A stretch of DNA of 25,148 nucleotides from Bacillota bacterium (GCA_051744465.1 JBNJDB010000009.1:1-25148), one strand, 5' to 3'. Counted from the stretch's first letter, positions 6,628-14,772 are shown. Notes: generated by a model from the sequence alone, not told the origin. A program made the numbers and translations.

Positions 6628-9073
6628 CCAGAAAACCTCCTAGCTCTCCCTCCTCATTAAATAACCATCCTTCTTCTTCATTAGAACCAATTTCAGCTCT
6701 ACCTTGGGGAAAAGCTAAAATATCATATTTGAACCTGATTTCTTCTTTACTATGGTCATAAGACAAAGAAACACTTCGACAATGCAATTGTTTTTCTATA
6801 CTAATTTTAGCTGTAGTATGCTCTTCTTTTTCAAAATCATAGCTATTCTTTAAAGCTAAGTTCCATTCCCACTCGGAAGGGCCAAACTCCCAATCTAATT
6901 CATTATCCCATTGTATCATCTTTGACTCATTTAAATCAAATTCTGCATCAGTATTATAGGTTAAATCATTATATTCCACATCTAAAGCAGTAGTAGCTTT
7001 CTCAAAAAGGTCATCATTCAAATCATAAGTTACAGCTGCTTGCCAATCATAATGTTCATTAAATTCAATATTCAACTCACTTTTCAACGGGTCATAAGTT
7101 TCATCTAACAGATCATAAGCAGTTTTAATATAGAATCGACTATCATCTGTTTTCCACTCCAAACGTTCATCAATAGTATGTTTTTCCTCTTTCTGCCGAA
7201 ATCTATCTGGAGCTTTCCCTTGACCAAAATTATAATTATATTTCAATTCGTTATTCCAATTCTCCAATATCTTAGTATTAAATTCTAATCTACTCTCGTG
7301 AAACCAACGCATTAGACCATTGCTATAAATATCTTGCTGTAACTGTTGATCAATGATAATACTATTATTTAAAGGAGCACTAACTACATCTTTATAGCCT
7401 AGTTTATAATAAGCATTCTGTTCTCTACGTCCCCAGCTATTGGCATATTTATTAGCACCACCTAAAGACAGATCGAAGTTACTCACATATTTATTATTCC
7501 AAATTGAACCTGGATAAATAGTTCCTTCTACTTCTGGTAAATAGTAATAACCTATTTCACCATCTTGCTGAAATGATTGAGTAATTAATTCCCAATCATA
7601 AAAACTATTCCCTTGGTCTTTACCAAACTCCAAATAATGCAATTCACCAATTTTATCATCTTCAATTTCTTCTACATAATTATCCTCAATCAGACCTTTA
7701 TCTAAAGGATTATCATAATTGTATTGGTAATCAAAATAATGTTCCTCAGTAAAGTGTTTTTTTACAGCTAAATCTGCTCCATGCTCCTCTAATATATCTC
7801 GGCTTTCATCATAGTCATAATCTAAATCTAATTCTAAATCATCCCCATAATGTTCTTTACTTAATTCACGGTCATATTCAATAGCAAGGTCATAATTTCG
7901 TTCCATATTAGACTGGCTATCATTATCTTGCTCAAATACATGATTAATATCCACTTCTAGTTCATCTTGACTACTTAAATCTCCGCTAAGATTAATATTT
8001 GAATCAGTTTTATGCTCATAGCTACTATTTTTATCATAATTAAAATCCACTTCACTCTCTAAATTTTCCCACTCATTATCTTGACTAAACTCAAAATCAA
8101 TATCTGTTACGTTTTGTGGATTACTCCAATAATTACTTTTATGATTACTATACTTTAAATTGTATTTACGAGTTAGATTATGTTCTTTTAAATAACTATC
8201 AAGTTCTGCAGTTACCAAGGGAGAATAACTAGGATTTAATTTATCCTGTTCTGTATAGATGTAGAAATAAGCATGTTTATCTTCTTGATAATGATAATAA
8301 TGTTTTAATCCAAGGGCCCAACCAGTTTCTTCAAAATAATCAACATAAAGTTGACCCTGATCTTCAGCTAGTTGATTCGCTAAAACATTTTCATAATTAT
8401 TAGCAAGGTGATAGTTATAAGTATTCTTTAAAAACCAACCCCGCTTAGCACTGCGACCAATTTCATGTTCTAAAACTTGTTGTTCATTCTTTAAAGAATA
8501 AACTAAAATTGGAGAATATAAAATAGGAACTGTCCCATTAAACTCCCAAATAAAATTATTATAGGCAATGATTTTATCATCAGGATAAATAACTATGCTA
8601 CTAGATGTTATTTCATAATGCGAATGATCATAATCACAACTAGTTGACACTACATCTTCTAATTCACTTTTGTCCTGACTATGATTAATTTTGGGACTAG
8701 TTAAGTACAACTCATCGTTAAGACTATCATCTACAATAATACTCTCTGCTTCAATAAAGAGTCCCTCAGCCAATTTTAAATCATATTCTAATTTTTCACT
8801 CTCTATTGTCCCATCATCATCTTTAACTTTAACATTATCAGTAGCAATTACTTGTTCTTTATTCATATCAATCTCTAGCTTATCAGCCGATAAATCAATT
8901 TCTGATGTTTTTAAATTAGCATTTCCTGTAGCTACTACTAAATTTTCTTGTTTGTAATACTGCACATCATCTGCCGTTAAATCAACCTTAGTCTTAGCCC
9001 AAGAAGCAGAACTAAAAATAACAACTACAAGCACTACTACTAATAAATATCTAACAACTTTAATTCTCCCCAC
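6608..9073 (-). CDS. lptD: LptD (OstA) LPS-assembly outer membrane protein
   Basis: 821 aa with a GTG start after AAGGAGAAAGAG and a signal peptide ending SASWA. The N-terminal OstA domain reads DLTADDVQYYKQENLVVATGNANL. The segment STSCDYDHSHYEITSSSIVIYPDDKIIAYNNFIWEFNGTVPILYSPIL is collinear with E. coli FTSCLPGSDTW...GPVPIFYSPY. A long Y/D/N-rich beta-barrel region follows. Confidence 0.88.
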   Translation of the reverse strand: MGRIKVVRYLLVVVLVVVIFSSASWAKTKVDLTADDVQYYKQENLVVATGNANLKTSEIDLSADKLEIDMNKEQVIATDNVKVKDDDGTIESEKLEYDLKLAEGLFIEAESIIVDDSLNDELYLTSPKINHSQDKSELEDVVSTSCDYDHSHYEITSSSIVIYPDDKIIAYNNFIWEFNGTVPILYSPILVYSLKNEQQVLEHEIGRSAKRGWFLKNTYNYHLANNYENVLANQLAEDQGQLYVDYFEETGWALGLKHYYHYQEDKHAYFYIYTEQDKLNPSYSPLVTAELDSYLKEHNLTRKYNLKYSNHKSNYWSNPQNVTDIDFEFSQDNEWENLESEVDFNYDKNSSYEHKTDSNINLSGDLSSQDELEVDINHVFEQDNDSQSNMERNYDLAIEYDRELSKEHYGDDLELDLDYDYDESRDILEEHGADLAVKKHFTEEHYFDYQYNYDNPLDKGLIEDNYVEEIEDDKIGELHYLEFGKDQGNSFYDWELITQSFQQDGEIGYYYLPEVEGTIYPGSIWNNKYVSNFDLSLGGANKYANSWGRREQNAYYKLGYKDVVSAPLNNSIIIDQQLQQDIYSNGLMRWFHESRLEFNTKILENWNNELKYNYNFGQGKAPDRFRQKEEKHTIDERLEWKTDDSRFYIKTAYDLLDETYDPLKSELNIEFNEHYDWQAAVTYDLNDDLFEKATTALDVEYNDLTYNTDAEFDLNESKMIQWDNELDWEFGPSEWEWNLALKNSYDFEKEEHTTAKISIEKQLHCRSVSLSYDHSKEEIRFKYDILAFPQGRAEIGSNEEEGWLFNEEGELGGFLDDVKKE

Positions 9074-9083
9074 CTCTTTCTCC

Positions 9084-10154
9084 TTAAGTAATAACTTTAT
9101 CTTCTCTAAAGATTAAAAAACTACCTAATAGAATAAAGATTAAATTAGGCAACCAAGCTGCCATAAATGGATTCAACATGCCATTCTTCCCTAATGACTT
9201 TGCTACAGACAATAATACATAATAGATAAAAATAATTACTACACTAATAATCACACCCACTATTCGCCCCCGGTCAGATTTAATACTCAAAGGAGCTCCA
9301 ATTAAAACAAAAATTAAACAAGCTAAAGATTGGGCTAATTTGAAATGATATTCCACTAGTAATTTAGTAGTTGCCATACCACTTTCTCTAAATACTTTAA
9401 TCCTTCTTTTTAATTCATTTCGATTAAGTTCACTAGATTCTTTCTGTTTATTAATCAATTTATTTAAATTTGTATTCAACTTTATTTCTTCTGTTTCAAA
9501 TTCAGATTGACTATCTAAATAACCATCATTACTAAGACTAGATATAATTCCTGATTGCAAATTAATCGTAGTCCCTGCTACTTTAGCTGACTTAGCAGTA
9601 ATTAATTGCTCGTTTTTAAGATCATAAATTAAAATATAATCTATTTGATTGTTTTTATTATTTAATTTTTTAATATGAAAATATCTATTATTTGAGCCTT
9701 TAAAGAAAATATCTTTTTTTAAATGAGGCTCCTCCTTTTGATTAACTAGGGTATCTTTAATTGTTTCATATCTAGTAGTAGCCCACGGTACTATCCGCTC
9801 ATTAAGAAAGAAAGTTACGCCACTAATTAAAAAGCCTAAAATTAATAACGGCACTAACAACCTACTAAAAGTGATTCCGCCCATCCGTAAAGCAGTATAC
9901 TCACTATCTTTGACTAATCTACTCAAAGATAATAAGGTAGAAAACAAAACAGCCATAGCTAAAGTTTCTACTACAAAAGATGGTAACTTATAAATCAATA
10001 ATTTAATTACTGTTGTTACAGGGACCTCCTTAATAATAATAAAATCAGTTAATTGAAACAAAAAAGTACTAATCATAATTACAGTCAAAGCAAATAATAC
10101 TATAAAAAAGGGTTTGATAAACTCTACAGCTAAATATTTATCTATTATTTTCAT
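9084..10154 (-). CDS. lptG: LptF/LptG-family (YjgP/YjgQ) LPS export permease, second paralog
   Basis: 356 aa with three N-terminal TMs, a periplasmic beta-rich insert and three C-terminal TMs. The motif IFVLIGAPLSIKSDRGRIVG and the tail AAWLPNLIF are shared with the upstream paralog. The F versus G assignment rests on gene order only. AAGGAG lies 9 nt before the ATG and overlaps the stop of the upstream gene. Confidence 0.85.
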   Translation of the reverse strand: MKIIDKYLAVEFIKPFFIVLFALTVIMISTFLFQLTDFIIIKEVPVTTVIKLLIYKLPSFVVETLAMAVLFSTLLSLSRLVKDSEYTALRMGGITFSRLLVPLLILGFLISGVTFFLNERIVPWATTRYETIKDTLVNQKEEPHLKKDIFFKGSNNRYFHIKKLNNKNNQIDYILIYDLKNEQLITAKSAKVAGTTINLQSGIISSLSNDGYLDSQSEFETEEIKLNTNLNKLINKQKESSELNRNELKRRIKVFRESGMATTKLLVEYHFKLAQSLACLIFVLIGAPLSIKSDRGRIVGVIISVVIIFIYYVLLSVAKSLGKNGMLNPFMAAWLPNLIFILLGSFLIFREDKVIT

Positions 10155-10167
10155 AATTATTCGCTCC

Positions 10168-11268
10168 TTAACGTGAAAAGCTTAGAAATTCTTCTTTAAG
10201 TAATAATCCGAGTCCTAAGATTGCAAATATAATATTAGGCAACCACGCTGCCAATATCGGATGTAATAATCCATTACCACCTAACGAACGACAAAAGGAC
10301 ATAAAGACATAATAAATTAAAATAGTAACAATACTTGCTATAATTCCAAAAACCTTACCTTGTTCTGATTTAATACTTAAAGGCGCACCAATTAAGACAA
10401 AAATCAAACTGGCAAAAGGTGTAGCTAACTTACGATGATAATCAACAACTAAAGAATCAACTTCTAAACCGCTTTTCTTAAAAGTTTTAATATCCTCTTG
10501 TAACTCTTTACGACTCATCTCTGAAGTGGTTTTTTGTTCACCATAGAAATTATCTAGTTTTTTATTAACATTAATCTCGAAATCTTCAAAGCCTGATTGA
10601 TAAACTACTTTGCCTTCCTTATCAAATTTCTGCACTTTACCCTGCTGCAAATGCCAAACTTTATTTTTAAAATAGCCTCGTTCAGCTGTAATCATCCGCG
10701 GGTATTTTTTATCTTCTTGGAGTTCATAAACAATTATATCTTTTAATATACCCTCATCTCGATCAATTTGATTTATATATAAATACCTATCTTCAACCCC
10801 TTTAAAAAATACTCCCGCTTGCAAAGTAGGAATCCCATCCTGTAAAATAATCCTACGCACTATATTCTCGGAACGATGATTAGTCCAAGGAACTACTTGT
10901 TCATTAATAAAATATGTCAATCCACTAATGAAAATAGCTAATACTAAAAAGGGAACCATAATACGATGTAAACCAATGCCCCCCATCCGCATAGCTGTAA
11001 ACTCATTATTTTTTACTAGTTGAGTCAAAGATAATATAGTAGAAAATAAAACTGCTACACTAAAACTATTAACCATTATATCAGGCAATTTATAAACTAA
11101 TAATTTTAATACTTTACTAGTTGCAACCTGTTTAACAAGAATCATATCTATCATTTCAAATAAAGTACTGCTAATAGTAATTACTGTAATAGTAAAAATA
11201 GAAAACAAAAATGGCTTTAAAAATTCCCACAGCAAATAACGGTCAACTAAAGGTAGCTTTAATCGCAA
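10168..11268 (-). CDS. lptF: LptF/LptG-family (YjgP/YjgQ) LPS export permease, first paralog
   Basis: 366 aa with the same architecture as the downstream paralog (IFVLIGAPLSIKSEQGKVFG, AAWLPNIIF). A TTG start is preceded by GAGGGGGA at 6-nt spacing. The F versus G assignment rests on gene order only. Confidence 0.85.
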   Translation of the reverse strand: MRLKLPLVDRYLLWEFLKPFLFSIFTITVITISSTLFEMIDMILVKQVATSKVLKLLVYKLPDIMVNSFSVAVLFSTILSLTQLVKNNEFTAMRMGGIGLHRIMVPFLVLAIFISGLTYFINEQVVPWTNHRSENIVRRIILQDGIPTLQAGVFFKGVEDRYLYINQIDRDEGILKDIIVYELQEDKKYPRMITAERGYFKNKVWHLQQGKVQKFDKEGKVVYQSGFEDFEINVNKKLDNFYGEQKTTSEMSRKELQEDIKTFKKSGLEVDSLVVDYHRKLATPFASLIFVLIGAPLSIKSEQGKVFGIIASIVTILIYYVFMSFCRSLGGNGLLHPILAAWLPNIIFAILGLGLLLKEEFLSFSR

Positions 11269-11288
11269 TGCTTGTCCCCCTCACTAAA

Positions 11289-11328
11289 ATTATAAACTAT
11301 TTCTCCATAAATTTCCATACCATTTCCA
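11289..11328 (-). promoter_or_regulatory. Putative promoter for lptF-lptG-lptD-lptC-lptA, overlapped by three phased direct repeats
   Basis: On the minus strand, a perfect TATAAT sits at 11289-11294, and TGGAAA at 11312-11317 lies 17 nt upstream. Direct repeats TGGA(G)AAAT occur at 11322-11328, 11311-11317 and 11299-11307, with 11- and 10-bp spacing. The implied leader is only about 14 nt long, which lowers confidence. Confidence 0.4.
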
Positions 11329-11364
11329 ATAAAATTCATTTAATTTTAAACACCACGCAAAATT

Positions 11365-11400
11365 ATGTAAAAAACCTTTAACCATTATGGCTAAAGGTTC
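11365..11400 (-). terminator. Rho-independent terminator after the small OMP gene
   Basis: The minus strand reads AACCTTTAGCCATAATGGTTAAAGGTT followed by TTTTAC. Arms at 11373-11380 and 11392-11399 pair perfectly (8 bp), with 3 further inner pairs after one mismatch. Together with the stem end the T-run is 6 T. The element starts about 8 nt after the stop codon at 11408. Confidence 0.8.
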
Positions 11401-11407
11401 AACTAAT

Positions 11408-12052
11408 TTAAAATTCATTTGTGAAATTAACTCCTACAGTTAATTCAACATCATCTAATGTATCAACAAGTCCCAAATCAGCACTAATATATTGATTAAA
11501 AGCAAACTTAGAACCTAGATTAAGACCTTCATTATATTCACCCATTATAGTAGTCACAGGTAACTCTAAATTATTACTACCAGTAGAAATTGTAACGGGA
11601 TTAAGCACTTTACTAGCTCCCATAAATGCTCTAGTACCTTGATGCTGGTCATCAAAAATCCCTAAATGTCCTCTAATTCCTGCTAGAGAAGTATCTTTAC
11701 TGGCTACTAGATAGTATTCCCGATCAACAAATCCTAAAGAAAGATCTGGTTTAAATTCCTCATTTTCTTCTAGTAAATTAACCTTAATAGATGGATAAAT
11801 ATCTCCTCCATTATTTAAACCTTGGGGCCATTTTAAGTTAGCACCAACTTGCACTTTATCATTAAAACCATAATTTAGTCCAATTAAATCACTGCTACCT
11901 TTCATCTGATAGCTCAAATTCAAATCTTGTGTTGTTAAAATTTCAGCAGTTGGAATAGTTAATAATCCAGTATCACCAAAAGTATTAGCCTCTACAACAG
12001 GTACTAAAGCAAAACAAATGAGCAAAACAAGAATTATAACTTTACTTTTCAT
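11408..12052 (-). CDS. Small secreted outer-membrane beta-barrel-like protein of unknown function
   Basis: 214 aa with a signal peptide (VLLICFALVPVVEA|NTF). Alternating hydrophobic/polar strand patterns run throughout and the protein ends in a C-terminal Phe (VGVNFTNEF), as OMP sorting signals do. The N-terminal FGDTGLLTIPTAEIL motif is reminiscent of YjbH-like OM proteins. GAGGAGGA lies 6 nt before the ATG and overlaps the lpxD stop. An intrinsic terminator follows the gene. Confidence 0.6.
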   Translation of the reverse strand: MKSKVIILVLLICFALVPVVEANTFGDTGLLTIPTAEILTTQDLNLSYQMKGSSDLIGLNYGFNDKVQVGANLKWPQGLNNGGDIYPSIKVNLLEENEEFKPDLSLGFVDREYYLVASKDTSLAGIRGHLGIFDDQHQGTRAFMGASKVLNPVTISTGSNNLELPVTTIMGEYNEGLNLGSKFAFNQYISADLGLVDTLDDVELTVGVNFTNEF

Positions 12053-12054
12053 GA

Positions 12055-13089
12055 TTAATCCTCCTCTAATTCTTCTTCTAAATCAGAAATTTTATTCTCT
12101 AAGGTTCTAATTCTTTTAATCATATCAGGCAACCGCTTTCTAGCAGCTTTAATCCTTCGCTCCTGACGATGGTCATGGGCAGGATAACCAGAAACAAAAG
12201 AATCGGGCTCTATATCATGAGTGATTACACTATTAGCAGCTAAAGTCGTATTTTGACCCACAGTTATATGACCAACTACTCCACTTTTACCAGCTAAAGT
12301 TACACGCTTATCAATTGTAGCGCTACCAGCAATGCCCACCTGAGCAATAATTAAACATTCAGGGCCAACCTGAACATTATGAGCAATATGAACTAAATTA
12401 TCAATTTTAGTACCCCGCCCAATAATAGTAGAACCCGTTGCCCCTCGATCAATAGTTACATTAGCCCCAATTTCAACTTCATCTTCGATAACAACATTTC
12501 CAAATTGAGGTACTTTAACATAACCAGTCTCATCTTCTTCATAACCAAAACCTTCTGCCCCAATTACTGCCCCAGAATTTATTTCCACATTAGAGCCCAA
12601 CTCGCAATCATGCTCTACTACTACATTCGGATATAGAATACTACCAGAACCTATTTTTACATTTTTACCAACATAAACTCCAGCAGCCAAAGTAACTTCA
12701 TCTCCAATTTGAGCCCCCTCTTCAATCACAACCCCAGGGTTAACAGTTATTTCAGAACCCAATTCAGCCCTATCATCAATTACAGCCTGATCACTAATTA
12801 CAAAATTTTGGTGATGCTGGGACATAAACTTATTAGCAACCTTTGAAAAAGATAAACGCGGATTATCAACTACTATCACAGGTATTTCTAAACTATCAGT
12901 TACTAAATCTGCCGCCACTAAAACTGCTGCTGCATTGGCACGAGCTAAATCCAAATATTCTTTGTTTTGAGCAAAAGTTAGCTCCTCCTCAGTTGCATTT
13001 TCTGCTCCACCTACACCACTAATTTCTATATTAGAACCAATTACTTTGCCATTAACTAATTCCGCTAATTCTTCTAATCTATATCTCAT
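12055..13089 (-). CDS. lpxD: UDP-3-O-(3-hydroxyacyl)glucosamine N-acyltransferase (LpxD)
   Basis: 344 aa with an N-terminal uridine-binding domain (LAELVNGKVIGS...EELTFAQNKEYL) and a long hexapeptide beta-helix. The segment GAEGFGYEEDETGYVKVPQFGNVVIEDEVEIGANVTIDRGATGSTIIGRGTKIDNLVHIAHNV is collinear with E. coli LpxD. A C-terminal helix follows. AAGGAGGA precedes the ATG. Confidence 0.93.
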   Translation of the reverse strand: MRYRLEELAELVNGKVIGSNIEISGVGGAENATEEELTFAQNKEYLDLARANAAAVLVAADLVTDSLEIPVIVVDNPRLSFSKVANKFMSQHHQNFVISDQAVIDDRAELGSEITVNPGVVIEEGAQIGDEVTLAAGVYVGKNVKIGSGSILYPNVVVEHDCELGSNVEINSGAVIGAEGFGYEEDETGYVKVPQFGNVVIEDEVEIGANVTIDRGATGSTIIGRGTKIDNLVHIAHNVQVGPECLIIAQVGIAGSATIDKRVTLAGKSGVVGHITVGQNTTLAANSVITHDIEPDSFVSGYPAHDHRQERRIKAARKRLPDMIKRIRTLENKISDLEEELEED

Positions 13090-13094
13090 CCTTG

Positions 13095-13135
13095 TCCTCC
13101 TTATGTAAACAGGAGCAAAACTCCTCTCCTGCTGT
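13095..13135 (-). promoter_or_regulatory. Hairpin / possible SD-sequestering element in the skp-lpxD intergenic leader
   Basis: The minus strand reads CAGGAG-AGGAG-TTTTG-CTCCTG-TTTACAT-AAGGAGGA-CAAGG-ATG. CTCCT(G) can pair with either upstream AGGAG copy or with the lpxD SD. There is no proper U-run, so it is not called a terminator. Confidence 0.3.
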
Positions 13136-13177
13136 CTATATATTAAGTTATCTTAGCTAATCTATAGGACTAATAAT

Positions 13178-13588
13178 TTACAAGTGATCTAACACCTCTT
13201 CAGTTATATCTTCTCCACCATATCTAATTTCATCCTTATTTAAAACAAGATCATAGCCTTGTTCCTCAGCTATATCTTCGACTGCTTTAGCAATATCTTC
13301 TCTAAATTTTTCTTTTAATTGCTGCCGATATTCATTTATCTCTTGATAAGCATCTTCTTGTTTCGGTGAATTTTCAGTTTCAGGATTGTAATCTTGTTTT
13401 AGTTCTTCTACTTTAGCATTTAATTCTTCTTGATAATTCTCTGCTTTTTTACTCTGCCCCCATAACTGATCTTGGTCCACTACAGCTACTTTAAGCTCTT
13501 TCATTTTTACTTCTGGCTCAGGAGCACAACCACTAATTATACCAATTAATACTATTACTAATACTGCTAATAAAAGCTGTTTTTTCAA
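13178..13588 (-). CDS. Skp/OmpH-family periplasmic chaperone paralog with a lipoprotein signal peptide
   Basis: 136 aa with a TTG start 6 nt after GGGGGGAG and 1 nt after the upstream stop. The signal peptide ends in the lipobox I-S-G-C (Cys21). The OmpH-like core reads VAVVDQDQLWGQSKKAENYQEELNAKVEELKQ ... IAEEQGYDLVLNKDEIRYGGEDITEEVLDHL. Confidence 0.75.
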   Translation of the reverse strand: MKKQLLLAVLVIVLIGIISGCAPEPEVKMKELKVAVVDQDQLWGQSKKAENYQEELNAKVEELKQDYNPETENSPKQEDAYQEINEYRQQLKEKFREDIAKAVEDIAEEQGYDLVLNKDEIRYGGEDITEEVLDHL

Positions 13589-13589
13589 C

Positions 13590-14738
13590 CTAGTCTCCCC
13601 CCATTTGTATACCTTCTATTACTTCATCACTAAGGTCAATCTTTCCCGAATTATTCTGATAATCAGTTAATATTGTATCCACTTCTTTTTCGGCACCTAA
13701 CTGATTAACAACTTGCTGAATAGAATCTTTTCTTTTAACAATTAAATTTTCTTTTTTCTCCTCTAATTCAGCAATATTTTTCTGTAAATCTTCAGTCTTA
13801 TTTTTTACTTTTGTTGCTAATTTATTCTCAGTTGAGTTTAAATTTTCCTCAATATTAGAACTCAATTTATTCTTTCGCTTTTCTATTTCTTGTTCTAGCT
13901 CTTGATTCAATTCAGCAACTTTAGTTTCTAGCTCTTCTTCTAATTGATCTCGCTTCTTCTCATAATCAGTTTCAGCATTTTCTTCTAATTCTTTTTTATA
14001 AGCTGTTAATTCATCTTTGATTTCCTGCTCTTTATTTTTAACTTCTGGCTTTATCGTATTCCATTGTTCTTGCTCATAATCAGCTAATTTTTCATCCTTT
14101 GTTGCCTGTAATTCTTTTAATTTTTCTTTTTTTTCTTCTCTAGAACTATCAGATAAATTATTTAAACTTAATTTTAATTTCAAGTTTAAAATTCGTGAAT
14201 TATATTCTTCTTTTAAACCAAGCTTATAATCTTCGATTTCAGTATCAATCTTTTCTTTTTCAGTTGCTATATCAGCTTCTACTTGGCTTTTTAGTTTTTC
14301 TCTTTTAGTTTTAAACTTTTCAGTTACTCGCTGATTTAATTGTTGCTTATAATCAGTTAATTGCTCTTTAATTATTTGTTGTTCTTTATTTATCTGTTGT
14401 TGATAATTATCTTTTATCGCTTCAATTCTAGATTCTAATTGTTGATTAAAATTATTTGATTGTTGCTCAGTATTATTGATTATATTAGCTAAATTATCTC
14501 TTTCATTTTTTAAACTTGATTCATAATTAACAATCTGTTTTTCTAATTCTTGAATTTGCTTAGTTAAAGGATGTTTGGCTCTAATTTTTTCTAAATTTAC
14601 TACAGCCACTCTACTTGACTTATTAGCTAAATCATCTTCTAATTCATCAGTAATATTGGCATTACTATAATTGACTATTGCAACAAGAAAAATAATAAAT
14701 ATAATTGCTATAATCTCAACTAATCGCTTGTTTAACAT
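13590..14738 (-). CDS. Giant Skp/OmpH-like coiled-coil protein with an N-terminal membrane anchor
   Basis: The ORF track starts at a TTG at 14762 (390 aa). The ATG at 14738 (MLNKRLVEII...) follows AGGTGG and is preferred. A hydrophobic anchor (LVEIIAIIFIIFLVAIV) is followed by an OmpH-like N-terminal strand (RVAVVNLEKIRAKHPLTKQIQELEKQI). About 300 aa of uninterrupted charged helix follow, then an OmpH-like C-terminal strand region (EKEVDTILTDYQNNSGKIDLSDEVIEGI). Confidence 0.65.
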   Translation of the reverse strand: MLNKRLVEIIAIIFIIFLVAIVNYSNANITDELEDDLANKSSRVAVVNLEKIRAKHPLTKQIQELEKQIVNYESSLKNERDNLANIINNTEQQSNNFNQQLESRIEAIKDNYQQQINKEQQIIKEQLTDYKQQLNQRVTEKFKTKREKLKSQVEADIATEKEKIDTEIEDYKLGLKEEYNSRILNLKLKLSLNNLSDSSREEKKEKLKELQATKDEKLADYEQEQWNTIKPEVKNKEQEIKDELTAYKKELEENAETDYEKKRDQLEEELETKVAELNQELEQEIEKRKNKLSSNIEENLNSTENKLATKVKNKTEDLQKNIAELEEKKENLIVKRKDSIQQVVNQLGAEKEVDTILTDYQNNSGKIDLSDEVIEGIQMGGD

Positions 14739-14772
14739 TATTCCACCTGCCTTTTTAATCAATAAATTTAAA

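Noticed and set aside
8886-8893. GCCGATAA on the plus strand, matching the sigma-28/SigD -10 consensus
   Set aside because: It sits inside lptD on the antisense strand. There is no TAAA-like -35 at the right spacing and no downstream plus-strand gene. A chance match.
8691-8957. 88-aa plus-strand ORF
   Set aside because: It is antisense to the N-terminal OstA domain of lptD. It is Ser/Leu-rich and low-complexity, with no translation signals. Spurious.
13111-13131. Hairpin between skp and lpxD as an intrinsic terminator
   Set aside because: The stem is only 5-7 bp with a 5-10-nt loop, and TTTACAT follows it rather than a U-tract. It is reported only as a possible regulatory or stability element.
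13590-14762. The 390-aa coiled-coil ORF as an SMC/myosin-like cytoplasmic protein or generic low-complexity artefact
   Set aside because: It has an N-terminal hydrophobic export or anchor segment. Its termini share strand motifs with the two flanking Skp/OmpH genes. It is also translationally coupled to the next paralog, so an expanded OmpH-family protein is the more economical reading.
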